Of a stretch of DNA of 64,000 nt, positions 63,748 through 64,000 are shown piece after piece (the first letter of the stretch is position 1; every line of letters starts with the position of its first letter). The notes under the pieces were generated by a model that did not search any database, had not been told where the DNA came from, and worked only from the letters and a program-made list of their open reading frames with translations. The stretch lies in IMG/VR virus record IMGVR_UViG_3300021426_000067. One strand, given 5' to 3'. The position numbers were made by a program, and so were the translations under genes. The stretch comes from a virus (lineage: Duplodnaviria > Caudoviricetes).

Positions 63748-64000
63748 TTAAAAGAAATACTTAGATGAATCTATAATTTCATAATCCTACATGATAAGTT
63801 GTGGAGTTACTTGTCCATTCCATTCATTAGCATTACACTTACAGATAGCATTTACTTCTAAATATCCAGTAGTAGTAAATAAATTTGCCTATTCTTCAGT
63901 CCCACCAAATTTAATAATAGATAATCCATTTAATAGATTAAATTTAAAAGTATTATTTTTCATAATTTGGAAATTAGAACTGGTAATTTTGAAATTGATA
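63748..64000 (-). CDS. C-terminus of RecJ-like ssDNA exonuclease (partial), 2 in-frame TAG
   Basis: NEWNGQVTPQLIM*DYEI resembles the RecJ C-terminal OB motif. Confidence 0.6.

Noticed and set aside
1-64000. Amber suppressor tRNA or release factor gene
   Set aside because: Only tRNA-Asp(GTC) and one tRNA-like RNA were recognisable; the decoding machinery presumably lies outside the window or was missed by eye.

Overview
64 kb segment of a large, AT-rich tailed phage, probably infecting an anaerobic Firmicute (sigmaA-type TTGACA/TATAAT promoters, AGGAGG RBS, class III RNR). Layout: (i) 1-7.4 kb minus-strand accessory genes; (ii) 7.5-10.1 kb small plus-strand block with a putative DNA-binding gene and a ~105 bp palindrome; (iii) 10.2-31.1 kb putative early/host-takeover region of many tiny minus-strand genes, each with a near-consensus promoter, interleaved with about 20 copies of a non-coding divergent-promoter plus GC-hairpin cassette, several ncRNA candidates, a degenerate tRNA-Asp and a palindromic repeat array; (iv) 31.3-34.4 kb minus-strand small genes; (v) 34.6-52.5 kb plus-strand packaging/virion module (terminase, portal, prohead protease/scaffold, capsid, neck, tail tube); (vi) 52.5-64 kb minus-strand replication/nucleotide module (dUTPase, NrdG/NrdD, glutaredoxin-like, DUF5664, DnaE, RecD-like helicase, RecJ-like end). 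Main result: TAG is a sense codon in many late and some middle genes (dozens of in-frame TAGs, including tandem TAG-TAG), which fragments the supplied ORF track. Many TAGs sit where glutamate is expected, including the terminase Walker B catalytic position, suggesting TAG=Glu (or ambiguous Glu/Gln) rather than the usual phage TAG=Gln. Family assignments come from motif recognition by eye; no searches were run.
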